Source: Dehalococcoidia bacterium
GTDB lineage: Bacteria; Chloroflexota; Dehalococcoidia; Bin125
DNA length: 64,000 nt
Assembly (NCBI GenBank): GCA_963662615.2
Contig: CAXXSR010000001.1
Span: forward strand, 704,001-768,000
Direction of reading: 5' to 3'
Position 1 is the stretch's first letter. Each line of letters begins with the position of its first letter. Position numbers and translations under genes: made by a program. Shown here in pieces: positions 37,716 through 47,786 of this stretch. The notes beneath the pieces are model-generated. The model made no database searches and had not been told where the DNA came from. It was given only the letters and a program-made list of their open reading frames with translations.

Positions 37716-38987
37716 CTAAGGGGGGCGCTCACTCCCACCCTCCCCACCCCCGACTCGCTCGACCGCGACGACACCAATGCGGCGCTCGTCGGCGCTCATT
37801 ACCGTGAAGCGGTAGCCGCTCTGCTCCACGGACTCGCCCCGCGCCGGCATCCGCCGCAGCGTCGCCAGCAGCAGTCCGGCCACCGTCTCCGCCTCAGGCG
37901 AGTGGAGGTCCACCTGGAGCTGCTGCTCCAGGTCGCTCAACGGCCGTCGCCCTTCCACATAGAGGCGGCCACCTATCCGCACGTCCAGCTCGTCCTGCGG
38001 CGGCCCGCTCTCGCTGCGGATCTGCCCCACCACCTCCTCTAGGACGTCCTCCAGCGTCACCAGCCCCGCCGTGGCGCCGAACTCGTCAATCAGAATCACC
38101 AGGTGGACGCCGCTCTGCTGCATCGTCGCCAGCACCCGCGCCACCGTGGCCCGCTCCGAATCGAACGCCGCCTCCCGCATGATCTCTTGGGCGCGGGCAT
38201 CCGTGCGTCCCTGTTCATACGCCGCCGCGACGTCGCTGATGTGGACATGCCCCACAATGTTGTCGGTAGAGCCGGCGTAGACGGGCAGACGCAAGAACCC
38301 TGCCTCCCTCATCCGCTCCGCCACAACGGGCAGCGGCTCGTCCACCGCCGCCACCACCATGTTCACCCGCGGCGTCATGATCCCGCGCACCTGCTGTTGC
38401 TGCAGCCGCAGCGCCCCCAGCAGCATGCTCGACTCGTCGACTTGGATGACGCCCGACTCGGCCCCCATGCGGATCGCTGTGCGCAGCTCCCCCAAGCTCA
38501 GCGACGGTCGCGCCTCCCCCCGCTCGCCGATCACCGACAGCAGCCCCCCGCTGAGAGCGTCCAGCCCCGCTACGACCGGCGCCATCAGCCGCGACCACGC
38601 CTCTAACGGCAGGGCGTAGAGGCGCGCCAGCGTCAGGTTGTGGTGCAGCGCCACGCTCTTCGGCGCCACCTCTGCGAACACGACCAGCAGCACCGTCACG
38701 GCGAACGTGGCGACCAGAATGTCCGCGCCCCCGCCCACGATCTCCGCTGCCATCACGGTCCCCACGGCCGCCGCCGCTGTGTTCGTGAGGTTGTTCCCCA
38801 GCAGGATGGCCGACAGTAGCCGTCGCGGCGTCGCCAGCAGCTGCGCCGCCCGCGCCGCCCCCGCCGCGCCCTCACGCGCGGCGTGCTCCAGACGCACCCG
38901 TTCCAGCGACAGAAACGCCGTTTCCGAACTTGAGAAGAAGGCGGAGAGAAGCAGTAGCACGATCAGCAAGGGCACGTAGACCGTCAC
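37716..38987 (-). CDS. CNNM/CorB (hemolysin-family) DUF21-CBS-CorC protein
   Basis: SAFFSSSETAF, ILLGNN, AEVAPKS, IMTPR, IDEFGATAGLVTLEDVLEEVVG. Start is GTG after GGAGG. Confidence 0.9.
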   Translation of the reverse strand: MTVYVPLLIVLLLLSAFFSSSETAFLSLERVRLEHAAREGAAGAARAAQLLATPRRLLSAILLGNNLTNTAAAAVGTVMAAEIVGGGADILVATFAVTVLLVVFAEVAPKSVALHHNLTLARLYALPLEAWSRLMAPVVAGLDALSGGLLSVIGERGEARPSLSLGELRTAIRMGAESGVIQVDESSMLLGALRLQQQQVRGIMTPRVNMVVAAVDEPLPVVAERMREAGFLRLPVYAGSTDNIVGHVHISDVAAAYEQGRTDARAQEIMREAAFDSERATVARVLATMQQSGVHLVILIDEFGATAGLVTLEDVLEEVVGQIRSESGPPQDELDVRIGGRLYVEGRRPLSDLEQQLQVDLHSPEAETVAGLLLATLRRMPARGESVEQSGYRFTVMSADERRIGVVAVERVGGGEGGSERPP

Positions 38988-39139
38988 CCGAAACCTCCCG
39001 GCGCGCTCTCTGCGCGCCTGCTGCGGGAACGGTAGCATCCGCTGCCGTGCCGTCCACATCGCGCCGCCGCCGCGGTTGCCTGCCGGTCATGGCCTCGGCC
39101 CTCGCTCCCCCTCTCCAGCGCTCGCCGATGGAGAGGGGG

Positions 39140-39168
39140 TTGGAGCCTGTCCTGAGCTAGTCGAAGGA
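39140..39168. repeat. Short REP-like copy D
   Basis: GGAGCCTGTCCTGAGCTAGTCGAAGG core motif shared with copies A-C. Confidence 0.65.
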
Positions 39169-39240
39169 GGGTGAGGCTTGCCCGTTCCTCTTCAACCCGT
39201 CCCGAGCTGGTCAAGCGGTCGACACGCCAAATGCCCGACG

Positions 39241-40503
39241 CTAGCCCCAGCGCGGCCGGAAATCGCGCGGGATCCCCAACTGGGACTTGGCGATCCATTC
39301 CAGCACCAGCATGTCCGACGGCGGATGCGCCTTGCCGCCCCGCACGTCGCGATAGTGGCGCTCCAGCCCGAAGCGGCGGAATAGCCCCGGCCCCCCGGCG
39401 ATGTCCATCGCCAAGTTCACCACCCGCACGTGATTGTTGGTCGTGATGTATTTGCAGATGCCGCCCTTCACGCCCGCCTCCTCTCGCTCCCACCGCTTCG
39501 CCATCCAGTCCTCCGCGGAACTCCGGATCAGCGCCCGCGACGCGGCATTGAGGGCGACCATCTCGGCCAGTTGGTATTGCAGGCCGGCCATGTGGCTCAG
39601 CGGCCGTTCCTCCAACGGCGGCCGGCGCTCCTGTAGGTAACGCGTCGCCCAGTCCGTCGCCGCCTGCGCCACGCCCAAGTACACCGCCGACACGGTGATG
39701 TTGAACCAGGCCCCGAACGCCGACCGCGACGCGAACAGCGCCTCCGCGCGCTGCGGCGGTGGCATCAGCACAGCCGGCACGAAGACCTCCTTGAACTCCA
39801 CCTCCCAGCTCCCGCTGGCGCGCAGCCCCAGCACGTCCCAGCTGCTCGCGCCTGGGCTCGACACCCCGGGCGTGCGCTTCGGCACGATCACCATGGCCAC
39901 CAGGTCATCGCCGTCGGGGTGATCTTCCAGATGGACCACCGCCCCCACCATGTCCGCCACCGGCCAGTTGGAGCAGTAGGCCTTGCGGCCGCTGATGGAC
40001 CAGCCCCCCTCCGCCCGCCGCGCCTTCGTCTCCGGCAGAAAGTACGAGCCCGGTGTCCCCGTCTCGCTGAACGACGCGCACAGAATCGACTTCTGGGCTC
40101 CCACCGTCCCCAGCACGTACTCCAGGCGGACTTTGCGATCCGCTGGCGCCGTCTCCAGGTCGTCCAGCATGGAGCCAAGCGTGAAGCAGTGCATATTCAC
40201 GCCAATGGCCGTGCCCGCGCACCCCTGCGCCAGCTGCTCCTGACAGGCGCACAGTTCGAGCAGAGTGACGTCCTCTCCCCCGTGCCGGGCCGGGAGCGTC
40301 ATCTGCGCGTAGCCGCTCTCCTGCATCGCCTCGAAGTTCTCACTGGGGAAGCTGTTGTCGCGGTCGTGCTCGTCGGCCCGCGTCGCGAAGTCGGCCGCGT
40401 GCGTGCGCGCCCGCTCCAATAGACGTGCCTCCCGCTCGCTCAAGGGTCGGCCCAGCAGGGTCGGGTAGGCCGGGAAGATGCCGGCGCTCTCGTCGCTGGG
40501 CAT
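39241..40503 (-). CDS. Acyl-CoA dehydrogenase-family flavoprotein
   Basis: FPSENF, GGWSISGRKAYCS, WDVLGLRASGS, YLGVAQAA, LERHYRDVRGG. Confidence 0.9.
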   Translation of the reverse strand: MPSDESAGIFPAYPTLLGRPLSEREARLLERARTHAADFATRADEHDRDNSFPSENFEAMQESGYAQMTLPARHGGEDVTLLELCACQEQLAQGCAGTAIGVNMHCFTLGSMLDDLETAPADRKVRLEYVLGTVGAQKSILCASFSETGTPGSYFLPETKARRAEGGWSISGRKAYCSNWPVADMVGAVVHLEDHPDGDDLVAMVIVPKRTPGVSSPGASSWDVLGLRASGSWEVEFKEVFVPAVLMPPPQRAEALFASRSAFGAWFNITVSAVYLGVAQAATDWATRYLQERRPPLEERPLSHMAGLQYQLAEMVALNAASRALIRSSAEDWMAKRWEREEAGVKGGICKYITTNNHVRVVNLAMDIAGGPGLFRRFGLERHYRDVRGGKAHPPSDMLVLEWIAKSQLGIPRDFRPRWG

Positions 40504-40559
40504 GCCCGGCCTCCTCCCTTCCGTCGCACGGTCTGGCGGCATCCTACAATCAAGCCATC

Positions 40560-41960
40560 GTGCCCGCGTTGCTCCCCGTCACGCTGACGCCGCTTGAGTG
40601 GGAACTGTCCTACCGGCCCCTCTGGCCGATCGCCGCTACGCTGATCGACCGCGAGCCCGGCGTCGTCTTCCTGGACAGCGGCGGCGACCCGACCGGGCAC
40701 GCGCGATGGTCCATCCTCGCCTGGCGCCCGCGCCGCCTGCTCTCCTGGCCGCAGGGCGCCCCCGGCGCCCTGGACGCGCTTCGCCACCACCTTGCGACGC
40801 GGCGCCTGGCCCGCCCCACCTCAGCCCCGCCCCAGCAGTGGCAGATCCCCTTTCACGGCGGCTGGCTGGGCTGGTTCGCCTACGACCTGGGCCGCCACAT
40901 TGAGCGCCTGCCCGCGCGCGCCCGCGCCGACCCAGCCATCCCCGACTTCGTCCTCGGCGAGTACGACGTGGCTTTGGTGGAGGACCGCCGCGAGGGCCGG
41001 CTCTTCGCGGCGGGCTCCGCCGCCAGTGCCCGGCACGCCTGCAGGCTCCGCGACCGCCTGGACGCGGTGCTGCAGCGGCCCTGCCCCGACGGACCTCCTC
41101 TCCCCACCAACGGCGCTATCGCCTCACCGCCACGGCCGGCGCTCGACAAGCGCCGCTATCTCGACGCCGTCGAGCGGGTGCTGCGCTACATCGTCGCCGG
41201 CGACATCTACCAGGCGAACTTCGCCCACCGCTTCGACGCCCGCTACACCGGCGCCTCCGCCGACCTCTACGCCCGCCTGCGCGCGGCCAGTCCTGCCCCC
41301 TGCGGCGGCTTCTTCGCCCTCCCCGGCGCTCCCGAGCTGCTCTCCATCAGCCCTGAGCTGTTCCTCGCCAAGCGCGGCGACCGCGTCGAGACCCAGCCCA
41401 TCAAGGGCACGCGACCCCGCGCCGCCGACCCGGGCCAGGACGCCGCTCAGCTCGACGCCCTCGAACAGAGCGAAAAAGAGCGCGCCGAGCTGCTGATGAT
41501 CGTGGACCTCCTCCGCAACGACCTTGGCCGCGTCGCGCGAGTGGGCTCCGTGGCGGTGGAGGAGTTGCGCCGCCTGACCAGCCACCCCACCGTCCACCAC
41601 GCCTCCGCCACGGTCAGCGCCTGCCTCCCCGCCGACATCCACGCCGTCGATCTGCTCACCGCAACCTTTCCCGGCGGCTCCATCAGCGGCGCTCCCAAGA
41701 TCCGCGCCATGGAGGTCCTGGAAGAGCTCGAGCCGGTGCGCCGCGGCCCCTACAGCGGCGCCGCCGGCTTCATCGGCTACGACGGCGACCTGCGCCTCAG
41801 CCTGCTCATTCGCACCCTCGTTCGGCAGGGGTCGAACGTCAGCTATCACGTCGGCGGTGGCATCGTCGCCGACTCCGATCCGGAGGCCGAGTACCAGGAA
41901 ACGTTGGACAAGGGCGCCGCCATGATGCGCGCTCTGATGGGCCCGGGCGCCGGCCCGTGA
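40560..41960 (+). CDS. pabB: Aminodeoxychorismate synthase component I
   Basis: GDIYQAN, SPELF, PabB-type PIKGT, AELLMIVDLLRND, FPGGSISGAPKIRAM; overlaps pabC. Confidence 0.88.
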   Translation: MPALLPVTLTPLEWELSYRPLWPIAATLIDREPGVVFLDSGGDPTGHARWSILAWRPRRLLSWPQGAPGALDALRHHLATRRLARPTSAPPQQWQIPFHGGWLGWFAYDLGRHIERLPARARADPAIPDFVLGEYDVALVEDRREGRLFAAGSAASARHACRLRDRLDAVLQRPCPDGPPLPTNGAIASPPRPALDKRRYLDAVERVLRYIVAGDIYQANFAHRFDARYTGASADLYARLRAASPAPCGGFFALPGAPELLSISPELFLAKRGDRVETQPIKGTRPRAADPGQDAAQLDALEQSEKERAELLMIVDLLRNDLGRVARVGSVAVEELRRLTSHPTVHHASATVSACLPADIHAVDLLTATFPGGSISGAPKIRAMEVLEELEPVRRGPYSGAAGFIGYDGDLRLSLLIRTLVRQGSNVSYHVGGGIVADSDPEAEYQETLDKGAAMMRALMGPGAGP

Positions 41961-43240
41961 GCCAGCCCGTGAGCCGGTCCCTGAGTCAGGATCTGATCTG
42001 GGCCGGTGGACGCCTCCACCAAGGTAGCGCGACCGTCGACGCCGCCGACCGTGGCCTCCTCCTCGGCGACGGCCTCTTCGAGACGCTGCTCGTGGTCAAC
42101 CGCTCGCCCGTCCTCCGCGACGAGCACGTCGAGCGCCTCCTCGCCAGCGCCGCGGCCCTCCGCTTCTCTCTCCCCGCCGGCTTCCTTGACGATCTCGACA
42201 CGGCGCTGGACGCCACCCTGGCGGCGCTGCCGCAAACCGTCGCCTCTCTGCGCATCACGCTGACACGGGGAGTGGGGCCGCGCGGACTGGAGCCGCCGCC
42301 GGATGGAATCCCCACTCTCTTGCTCCAGGCCGCCCCCTTCGACCCCAGCGCCGTCGTGACCGCCGGCGCCGCCATCCTGGACGCGCCCCGCATCGATCCC
42401 CTCGACCCGCTCGCCGGGCACAAGAGCACGTCGGCCTTGCGCTGGGTGCTCGCGCGCATGCGCGCGCAGGCGCGCGGAGCGGATGTCGCTTTGCTCCGCA
42501 CCGTCGCCGGCGACATGGCCGAGGCCGACTTCGCCAACCTCTTTCTCGTCGCCGGGGACAAGGTTGTCACGCCGCCGCTCTCCCGCGGCGTCCTCCCCGG
42601 CGTGACCCGCGCCTGGGCCATCGACGCCCTCCGCGCCGACGCCCGGCTGCTGATCGAGCGCCCCTGTGAAGCCGACGAGCTCCTTGGCGCCGCCGAAGTC
42701 TTCCTCACCTCCAGCCTGATCGGCGTGCGCCCGCTCCGCTCCATCGACGGGCGTTCGCTGCCGGCCCGCGCACCAGTCGCCGCCTGGCTGCAGAGCCAAT
42801 ACGCGCGGCTCGCGGGGCTGGAATGACGCCGGCCGGGTCGATGCCAGGGCGCTCTCTTCCGCGCGCCGCGCGCGCGGCTGTTCCGCCGAATCCAGGACGC
42901 GCTGCGTCTCCACGATCAGCTCACCCAGGTCGGTGCCGGTCTCTTCCTGAATGACTCGCCGCAGCACCGGCGGCACGCTCTCCAGCACCGTCACCACCCG
43001 CCGCAGCGATGCCCGCACCTGGCGCAGGCGCGCCGCCTCCTCCGCCGGCGTCACCAGATCGTCCACCAGCGACGCCTGCGCACGGGAGGCAACCAGCGGC
43101 TCCGGCAGGCCCCGCACCCACACCAGCGACCGCCGCCCCGGCCCCCGATCGTCCGTGATCGGCTCGACCGCCACCACCTCGTCCGACCGTGCGTATTTGC
43201 CGTAGCCCAGGCTGACCAACTGGCCCGATTGAATGCGCAT
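41846..43240 (-). CDS. Hypothetical protein (RemA-like N-terminus); only the first ~125 codons look coding
   Basis: GGAGGAGG RBS; MRIQSGQLVSLGYGKYARSDEVVAVEPI. The frame has no stop until 41846 and so runs antisense through pabC. Confidence 0.5.
   Translation of the reverse strand: MRIQSGQLVSLGYGKYARSDEVVAVEPITDDRGPGRRSLVWVRGLPEPLVASRAQASLVDDLVTPAEEAARLRQVRASLRRVVTVLESVPPVLRRVIQEETGTDLGELIVETQRVLDSAEQPRARRAEESALASTRPASFQPREPRVLALQPGGDWCAGRQRTPVDGAERAHADQAGGEEDFGGAKELVGFTGALDQQPGVGAEGVDGPGAGHAGEDAAGERRRDNLVPGDEKEVGEVGLGHVAGDGAEQSDIRSARLRAHAREHPAQGRRALVPGERVEGIDAGRVQDGGAGGHDGAGVEGGGLEQESGDSIRRRLQSARPHSPCQRDAQRGDGLRQRRQGGVQRRVEIVKEAGGEREAEGRGAGEEALDVLVAEDGRAVDHEQRLEEAVAEEEATVGGVDGRATLVEASTGPDQILTQGPAHGLAHGPAPGPIRARIMAAPLSNVSWYSASGSESATMPPPT
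41957..42826 (+). CDS. pabC: Aminodeoxychorismate lyase / class IV aminotransferase
   Basis: DRGLLLGDGLFET, HVERL, LRITLTRG, GHKSTS, VLPGVTR, VFLTSS. Confidence 0.85.
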   Translation: MSQPVSRSLSQDLIWAGGRLHQGSATVDAADRGLLLGDGLFETLLVVNRSPVLRDEHVERLLASAAALRFSLPAGFLDDLDTALDATLAALPQTVASLRITLTRGVGPRGLEPPPDGIPTLLLQAAPFDPSAVVTAGAAILDAPRIDPLDPLAGHKSTSALRWVLARMRAQARGADVALLRTVAGDMAEADFANLFLVAGDKVVTPPLSRGVLPGVTRAWAIDALRADARLLIERPCEADELLGAAEVFLTSSLIGVRPLRSIDGRSLPARAPVAAWLQSQYARLAGLE

Positions 43241-43275
43241 CGCCGCCCTCCTCCACTGACCGAGGCCTCGCAACT

Positions 43276-43488
43276 CTAAACGGGGACGGCGGCTCGCGGG
43301 AGGGCGGTCCAGACGGCGTCACGTTCCCCCTCCAGCCTCCGAAAGAAGTAGCGGAGCATGCGGCTGTAGCTCTCGACGGTGCGGCGGGAGCCAGAGCGGC
43401 GCTCCTCCTCCGCCAAGAAGGCGTAGAGGGCGCGCTCCCAGCGGTCGGGCGCGGTGGGATCGAGCGTAAGCGCGGTCGTGATCGGCAT
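43276..43488 (-). pseudogene. Truncated tyrosine recombinase (N-terminal SAM-like domain only)
   Basis: FLAEEERRSGSRRTVESYSRMLRYFF matches the integrase core-binding N-terminus; no catalytic domain follows. Confidence 0.65.
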
Positions 43489-43611
43489 GCGGACCTCTCT
43501 TTCCGGGGTCCACACGACATTGCCATCGTGTGGGACGCGTAGCCAGCGAACCTAGACGGACGAGTCAGTGTGAGACCAGACCTGATACTCGCGAACAGGC
43601 TCGAAGCCGGT

Positions 43612-44682
43612 TCAAACCGCGATCTCGCCCAGGAGGAGGTACGTTCCTGCTACGACAAACGCCGCGTCGGTCGCGGAGGGATCATCATCATGCGCTTTGC
43701 TCGCGAGATCACGTAGGCCCCGCAGCGAATTCCACAGTCGGTCAGCCTCGGCCCGGAGTAGTTGCCGCTCGCGTCGACCCTCGATCTTCTCGTTCAAGTA
43801 AGCGCCGATCCGGTTCAACGTCCTTGCCTCGGTGACGTCCAAGGCGTCGTCACGGTCTCCTGGCAGTTTGGAGTATGTCGGGCGGGGGTCTTGCCAGAGA
43901 TAGCGCGCGGTCGCGTCGAATAGGCTCCGACAGCCATACATCGCCGCTTGGCGCCCGGCTGGAGAGTCCGCTTCCAATCCCACGCGGATGACGTCAAGAT
44001 GGCTGGAGAGACCAGCCCGCTCTAGAGCAGCCTCAAGCTCTCTGCGGGCTCCACCCCACACGTCGTGTACGCGATGGCCGAGGGCCGCAACTGTTCGTGT
44101 CTCGGCCTGCTTCGCCGCGGCGAGCCCCGACGCGGAGAGCTGGGCGGCTCCATCCACAGCGCCGTGCCCGAAACTAGCTGCATGGGACTCCAAGAGCCCC
44201 CCAGTCAGCAGTTCGTTCATGATCCCGCGCATTCGATCGGCATCGACGCGGAGTACCTCCGCAACGCCCCGGACGTCGACGTGGAGAATCGGGCTGGTCG
44301 TCTGCTGGCGACGGCCCATGCGCCGGTAACACTGCAGAAGGATCCTCTCCAGGTCATCGTCGGTGAAGTCGCCGTCATAGAGCGCGGCGTCCCAATCGGT
44401 CGAACGCAGCTCGTCGATCGCCGATTCCTCGGCGGGGAGTTGATCAAGGCTAATGAGCCCGTGCACCCACTGAAGGCCGTATTCCTTCGCGACTGCGTGC
44501 AAGTCCTGACCAGGGTGGTTCTGGTCGCGGAACCGCCGAGACATACGGAGATCCAGTGTGAAGAGCCAGTGTTCGCCGGAGTCGACGTGGATGAAGTGAT
44601 CGACGAACCTCGGTTCTCCGCTCCGATCGTCGGGCTCAGATCGGATGTCGTAGCCCCAATAGGGGTCCTCTTCAACAACCAT
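43612..44682 (-). CDS. Hypothetical protein, putative wHTH plus HEPN/Abi-like C-terminal domain
   Basis: GGAGG RBS; helical C-terminus with AAMYGCRSLFD and RDLASKAH (Rx6H); adjacent to the integrase remnant. Confidence 0.6.
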   Translation of the reverse strand: MVVEEDPYWGYDIRSEPDDRSGEPRFVDHFIHVDSGEHWLFTLDLRMSRRFRDQNHPGQDLHAVAKEYGLQWVHGLISLDQLPAEESAIDELRSTDWDAALYDGDFTDDDLERILLQCYRRMGRRQQTTSPILHVDVRGVAEVLRVDADRMRGIMNELLTGGLLESHAASFGHGAVDGAAQLSASGLAAAKQAETRTVAALGHRVHDVWGGARRELEAALERAGLSSHLDVIRVGLEADSPAGRQAAMYGCRSLFDATARYLWQDPRPTYSKLPGDRDDALDVTEARTLNRIGAYLNEKIEGRRERQLLRAEADRLWNSLRGLRDLASKAHDDDPSATDAAFVVAGTYLLLGEIAV

Positions 44683-44832
44683 GTCGAAGCCCTCCGCGGG
44701 CGCTGTCCCCAGCCGTGTGTCGGATTATCGCAGGCCCGAGTCGGCCGAGTTGATCGCTTGTCTCCCGGTGCCACACGATGCGTCGATCGTGTCGTTCGCC
44801 GGGCCAGGCAACGTGTGCCAAGACCCAGGCTG

Positions 44833-45930
44833 TCACTCCAGCAACCGCACGCGGTGATTCTCGCTGTCGCCGATGTAGACTCGCCCATCGTCGTCGACAA
44901 AGACGCCGTGGGGGCGCGCGAGGCCACAGCGAAGCGGATCACCGTCCGGCCCATCCCGTCGCGTTCCGTCGCCGGCCACGGTCGTGATAACCCCGCGCTG
45001 GTCGATGCGTCGGATCGTGTGGTTCTCGGTATCCGCCAAGTAGATATCGCCGTTAGCAGCAAGGGCCATCCCCTTCGGTCCGGCCAGCGTGGCCGCCTTG
45101 GCTGGGCCGTTGTCGCCGCTGGCACCCTGCTCGCCTGTTCCGGCGATGTGGTGGATGGTCTCGGCTTCCAAATCGATGCGATAGACGGCATTGCCTTCGC
45201 GGAGGGCCACGTACAGATCGCTTGGGGGACGGAAGGCCAGCGTCCGCGGCCCGTTGAGCGGCGTCCCGGCGAGCGGCGCCCCGTCTGGGGTAGGATCCTG
45301 GGCGCCGTTCCCAGCGAACGCGTCGATCCGGCCGGACGTGAGGTCGACTCGGCGGATGCGGTGGTTCGAGATATCCGCGATGTAGAGCGCGCCCTGGTCG
45401 TCCAGCTCAATGCTGTGGGGCTGGTGCAACGCGGCGGCCGTTGCGGGTCCAGCGTCGCCCCCGAAGCCTCGCTGCCCGGTCCCGGCGATCGTCGAGATTC
45501 CGCCGCTCTCCGCGTCGACCCGTCGCACGACGTGGTTCTGCATCTCGACGAGATACATGTTCCCCCGAACGTCGAAGCGCAACTCATAGGGCTGGCGGAG
45601 ATCAGCCTGGCGCGCAGGGCCACCATCTCCCCCGTAGCCCTCGCGCCCGCTCCCGACGGCCGTCGAGAGTGTGTTCGTCGTCAGATCCAAGCGCCGCACG
45701 CGGTGGTTGTCGACCTCGCAGATGTAGAGCGCGCCATCCGGGCCGACCGCGAGGCCGAAAGGGTTGGCGAGCTGCCCCTCCGCTGCAGGCCCGCCGTCGC
45801 CGGAGAAGCCCGCCACGCCTGTTCCGGCGAGTGTTCGGATCGTGGCCCCCCTCACGAGGACCACCTCCGCCAGGTGGCGCGGGCCTGTTCGCCGAATTCG
45901 TCGCGGGCGACTTGCGCCCGGTCCATCCAA
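44833..45930 (-). CDS. NHL-repeat beta-propeller protein
   Basis: About 6 repeats of TxAGTG..G..GDGGPA..A.L..P.G...LYIAD..NH.IRR; true start uncertain. Confidence 0.88.
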   Translation of the reverse strand: MDGPGASRPRRIRRTGPRHLAEVVLVRGATIRTLAGTGVAGFSGDGGPAAEGQLANPFGLAVGPDGALYICEVDNHRVRRLDLTTNTLSTAVGSGREGYGGDGGPARQADLRQPYELRFDVRGNMYLVEMQNHVVRRVDAESGGISTIAGTGQRGFGGDAGPATAAALHQPHSIELDDQGALYIADISNHRIRRVDLTSGRIDAFAGNGAQDPTPDGAPLAGTPLNGPRTLAFRPPSDLYVALREGNAVYRIDLEAETIHHIAGTGEQGASGDNGPAKAATLAGPKGMALAANGDIYLADTENHTIRRIDQRGVITTVAGDGTRRDGPDGDPLRCGLARPHGVFVDDDGRVYIGDSENHRVRLLE

Positions 45931-46292
45931 CGGAGCGGGAGCTCGGTCTCAGGATTTCGATCCACGCAGGGAACTCCGGGATCCGCCACCCCATGGCAAC
46001 GGGACCAGACGAGGCCCGTGAGAGGTGGATGACGTGTAGGCCGGTGCCGACATCCGTGCGCGCGACGTTTCACCACATCCACGGCGCGGGCGCACCTGAC
46101 TGGCACAGCGTCCATGGGGCGGAGTCTAGGCGGCCAGGCCTGACTCCACACGATCTCGTCATCGTGCAGGCTGTCATGCTTGGGTGGCGCCCAGGAGTTG
46201 GGCCTCGCAGCAGCCGGCGCTCAGCTAGAATCCGCCTGACTCCGGCGGGTCGGGGATGAGCGGCGGCCTGCCGGAGCACGAAGGAGCGAACG

Positions 46293-47396
46293 ATGGCTGA
46301 TCCGACCCGCGTCGGCATCGTCGGCGCGACTGTGACCCCCGGCGGTAGCGGCTGGGGCGCGAACGCCCACGTTCCCGCCCTGCAGGCGCTGCCTCACTAC
46401 CAGCTCCGAGCCGTCTGCACCGCGCATGCGGAGACCGCGGCCACGTCGGCTGCACGTTTCGGCGCCGAGTTGGCGTTCCACGACATCAAGGACATGGTCG
46501 CGCGCCCGGACCTCGATCTCGTCGTTGTCTGCGTGCGCGTGCCGTGGCACTACGACCTGGTGATGGCAAGCCTCCGCGCGGGCAAGCCCGTCTTCTGCGA
46601 GTGGCCACTCGGCGCCACGCTGGAGGAGGCGGAGGAGATGGCGAACCTCGCGCGTGAACGCAAATTACGCACCGCCGTCGGGCTGCAGGCCCGCAGCGAC
46701 CCGAGCGTCCGCTACGCGCGCGACCTCATCGCCCAGCGCTACGTCGGCGAGGTGCTGACCGCCAACCTCCGCGTGATGTCGCAAGCGGTGCTGGAACGCG
46801 GCCCGGGTCGTATCTGGCAGGCAGTGCGCGCGGCCGGCGCCAATCCGCTCACGATCGCCGGCGGCCACGCGATCGACGCCCTCTGCTACATCCTCGGCGA
46901 GGTGGTGGAGCTGTCGGCGCGCGTGACGACACGGATCACGGAGTGGCGCGACGAGGAGACCGGCGCCGGCGTCCCGGTCGACGCCCCCGACAGCATCACC
47001 GTTGCGGCGCGTATCGAGAGCGGGGCCGAGATCGCCATCCAGGTGGCCCACGTGCCCGCCCAGCCCACCGGCACCCGCCTCGAGATCTACGGCGACGCGG
47101 GGGCGCTCTTCCTGACGGCGCCTTCAGTGTCCACCGGTCCCAGCCTGCTACATGGCGCCCGAGGCAGCGACGCACCGGCGGAGCTGGCACCGCCGACCGA
47201 GTATCTGGTGGCTCCGGAGGGCACGCCGCCAGGCCCGCCCCGCAACGTCGCGCACGCCTATGCACGGATGGCGGACGCCCTCGAAGCCGGCAAGCAGTTC
47301 GATCCCGACTTCGACCTGGCGGTGAGGCGGCATCGTCTGCTGGCAGCGATCGAGCGTTCCTCAGAGACCGGAACCACGGAAACCGTCTCTGGCTAG
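46293..47396 (+). CDS. Gfo/Idh/MocA oxidoreductase
   Basis: VGIVGA, AHVPAL, AGKPVFCEWPLG, GHAID. Confidence 0.9.
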   Translation: MADPTRVGIVGATVTPGGSGWGANAHVPALQALPHYQLRAVCTAHAETAATSAARFGAELAFHDIKDMVARPDLDLVVVCVRVPWHYDLVMASLRAGKPVFCEWPLGATLEEAEEMANLARERKLRTAVGLQARSDPSVRYARDLIAQRYVGEVLTANLRVMSQAVLERGPGRIWQAVRAAGANPLTIAGGHAIDALCYILGEVVELSARVTTRITEWRDEETGAGVPVDAPDSITVAARIESGAEIAIQVAHVPAQPTGTRLEIYGDAGALFLTAPSVSTGPSLLHGARGSDAPAELAPPTEYLVAPEGTPPGPPRNVAHAYARMADALEAGKQFDPDFDLAVRRHRLLAAIERSSETGTTETVSG

Positions 47397-47786
47397 CATG
47401 CGCGCGACGCGACCGAGGAGCGGCCACCGGTCCGCCGAGATCCCCGGGATTAAACGTTCCGGTCGCGCGGCGCTGCCCAGGGTCGCTCGCTACGTCCGAT
47501 TCCCCGTCGGATAGATCTGTCCGACGTAGAGTCGGACTTTGCAGCTACAGGCTCGGCCCTCTGTGCGTGGCCATTGGCAAGCTGCGCGTGAAAAAGAATT
47601 TGGGATCGCCCACACCGTCGTTGAGATTCTCGCCAGCCCGTGGGGGCTCAGTCCGACTCTATTTTGGACAGACCTGTCCGAGATAGAGTCCTACATAGCG
47701 TCCTGCGCGACTGATGGCCCCTTGCGCCTTCCCTGATCACAGCCGCCGGGATCTCGGGATGGGCAGACTGGTCGGGGCCATTGCTC

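Noticed and set aside
44065-46032. 655-aa plus-strand ORF and similar long ORFs (9698-11407, 22776-24419, 6050-7285, 12395-13675)
   Set aside because: Antisense shadows of well-supported genes, expected at this GC content.
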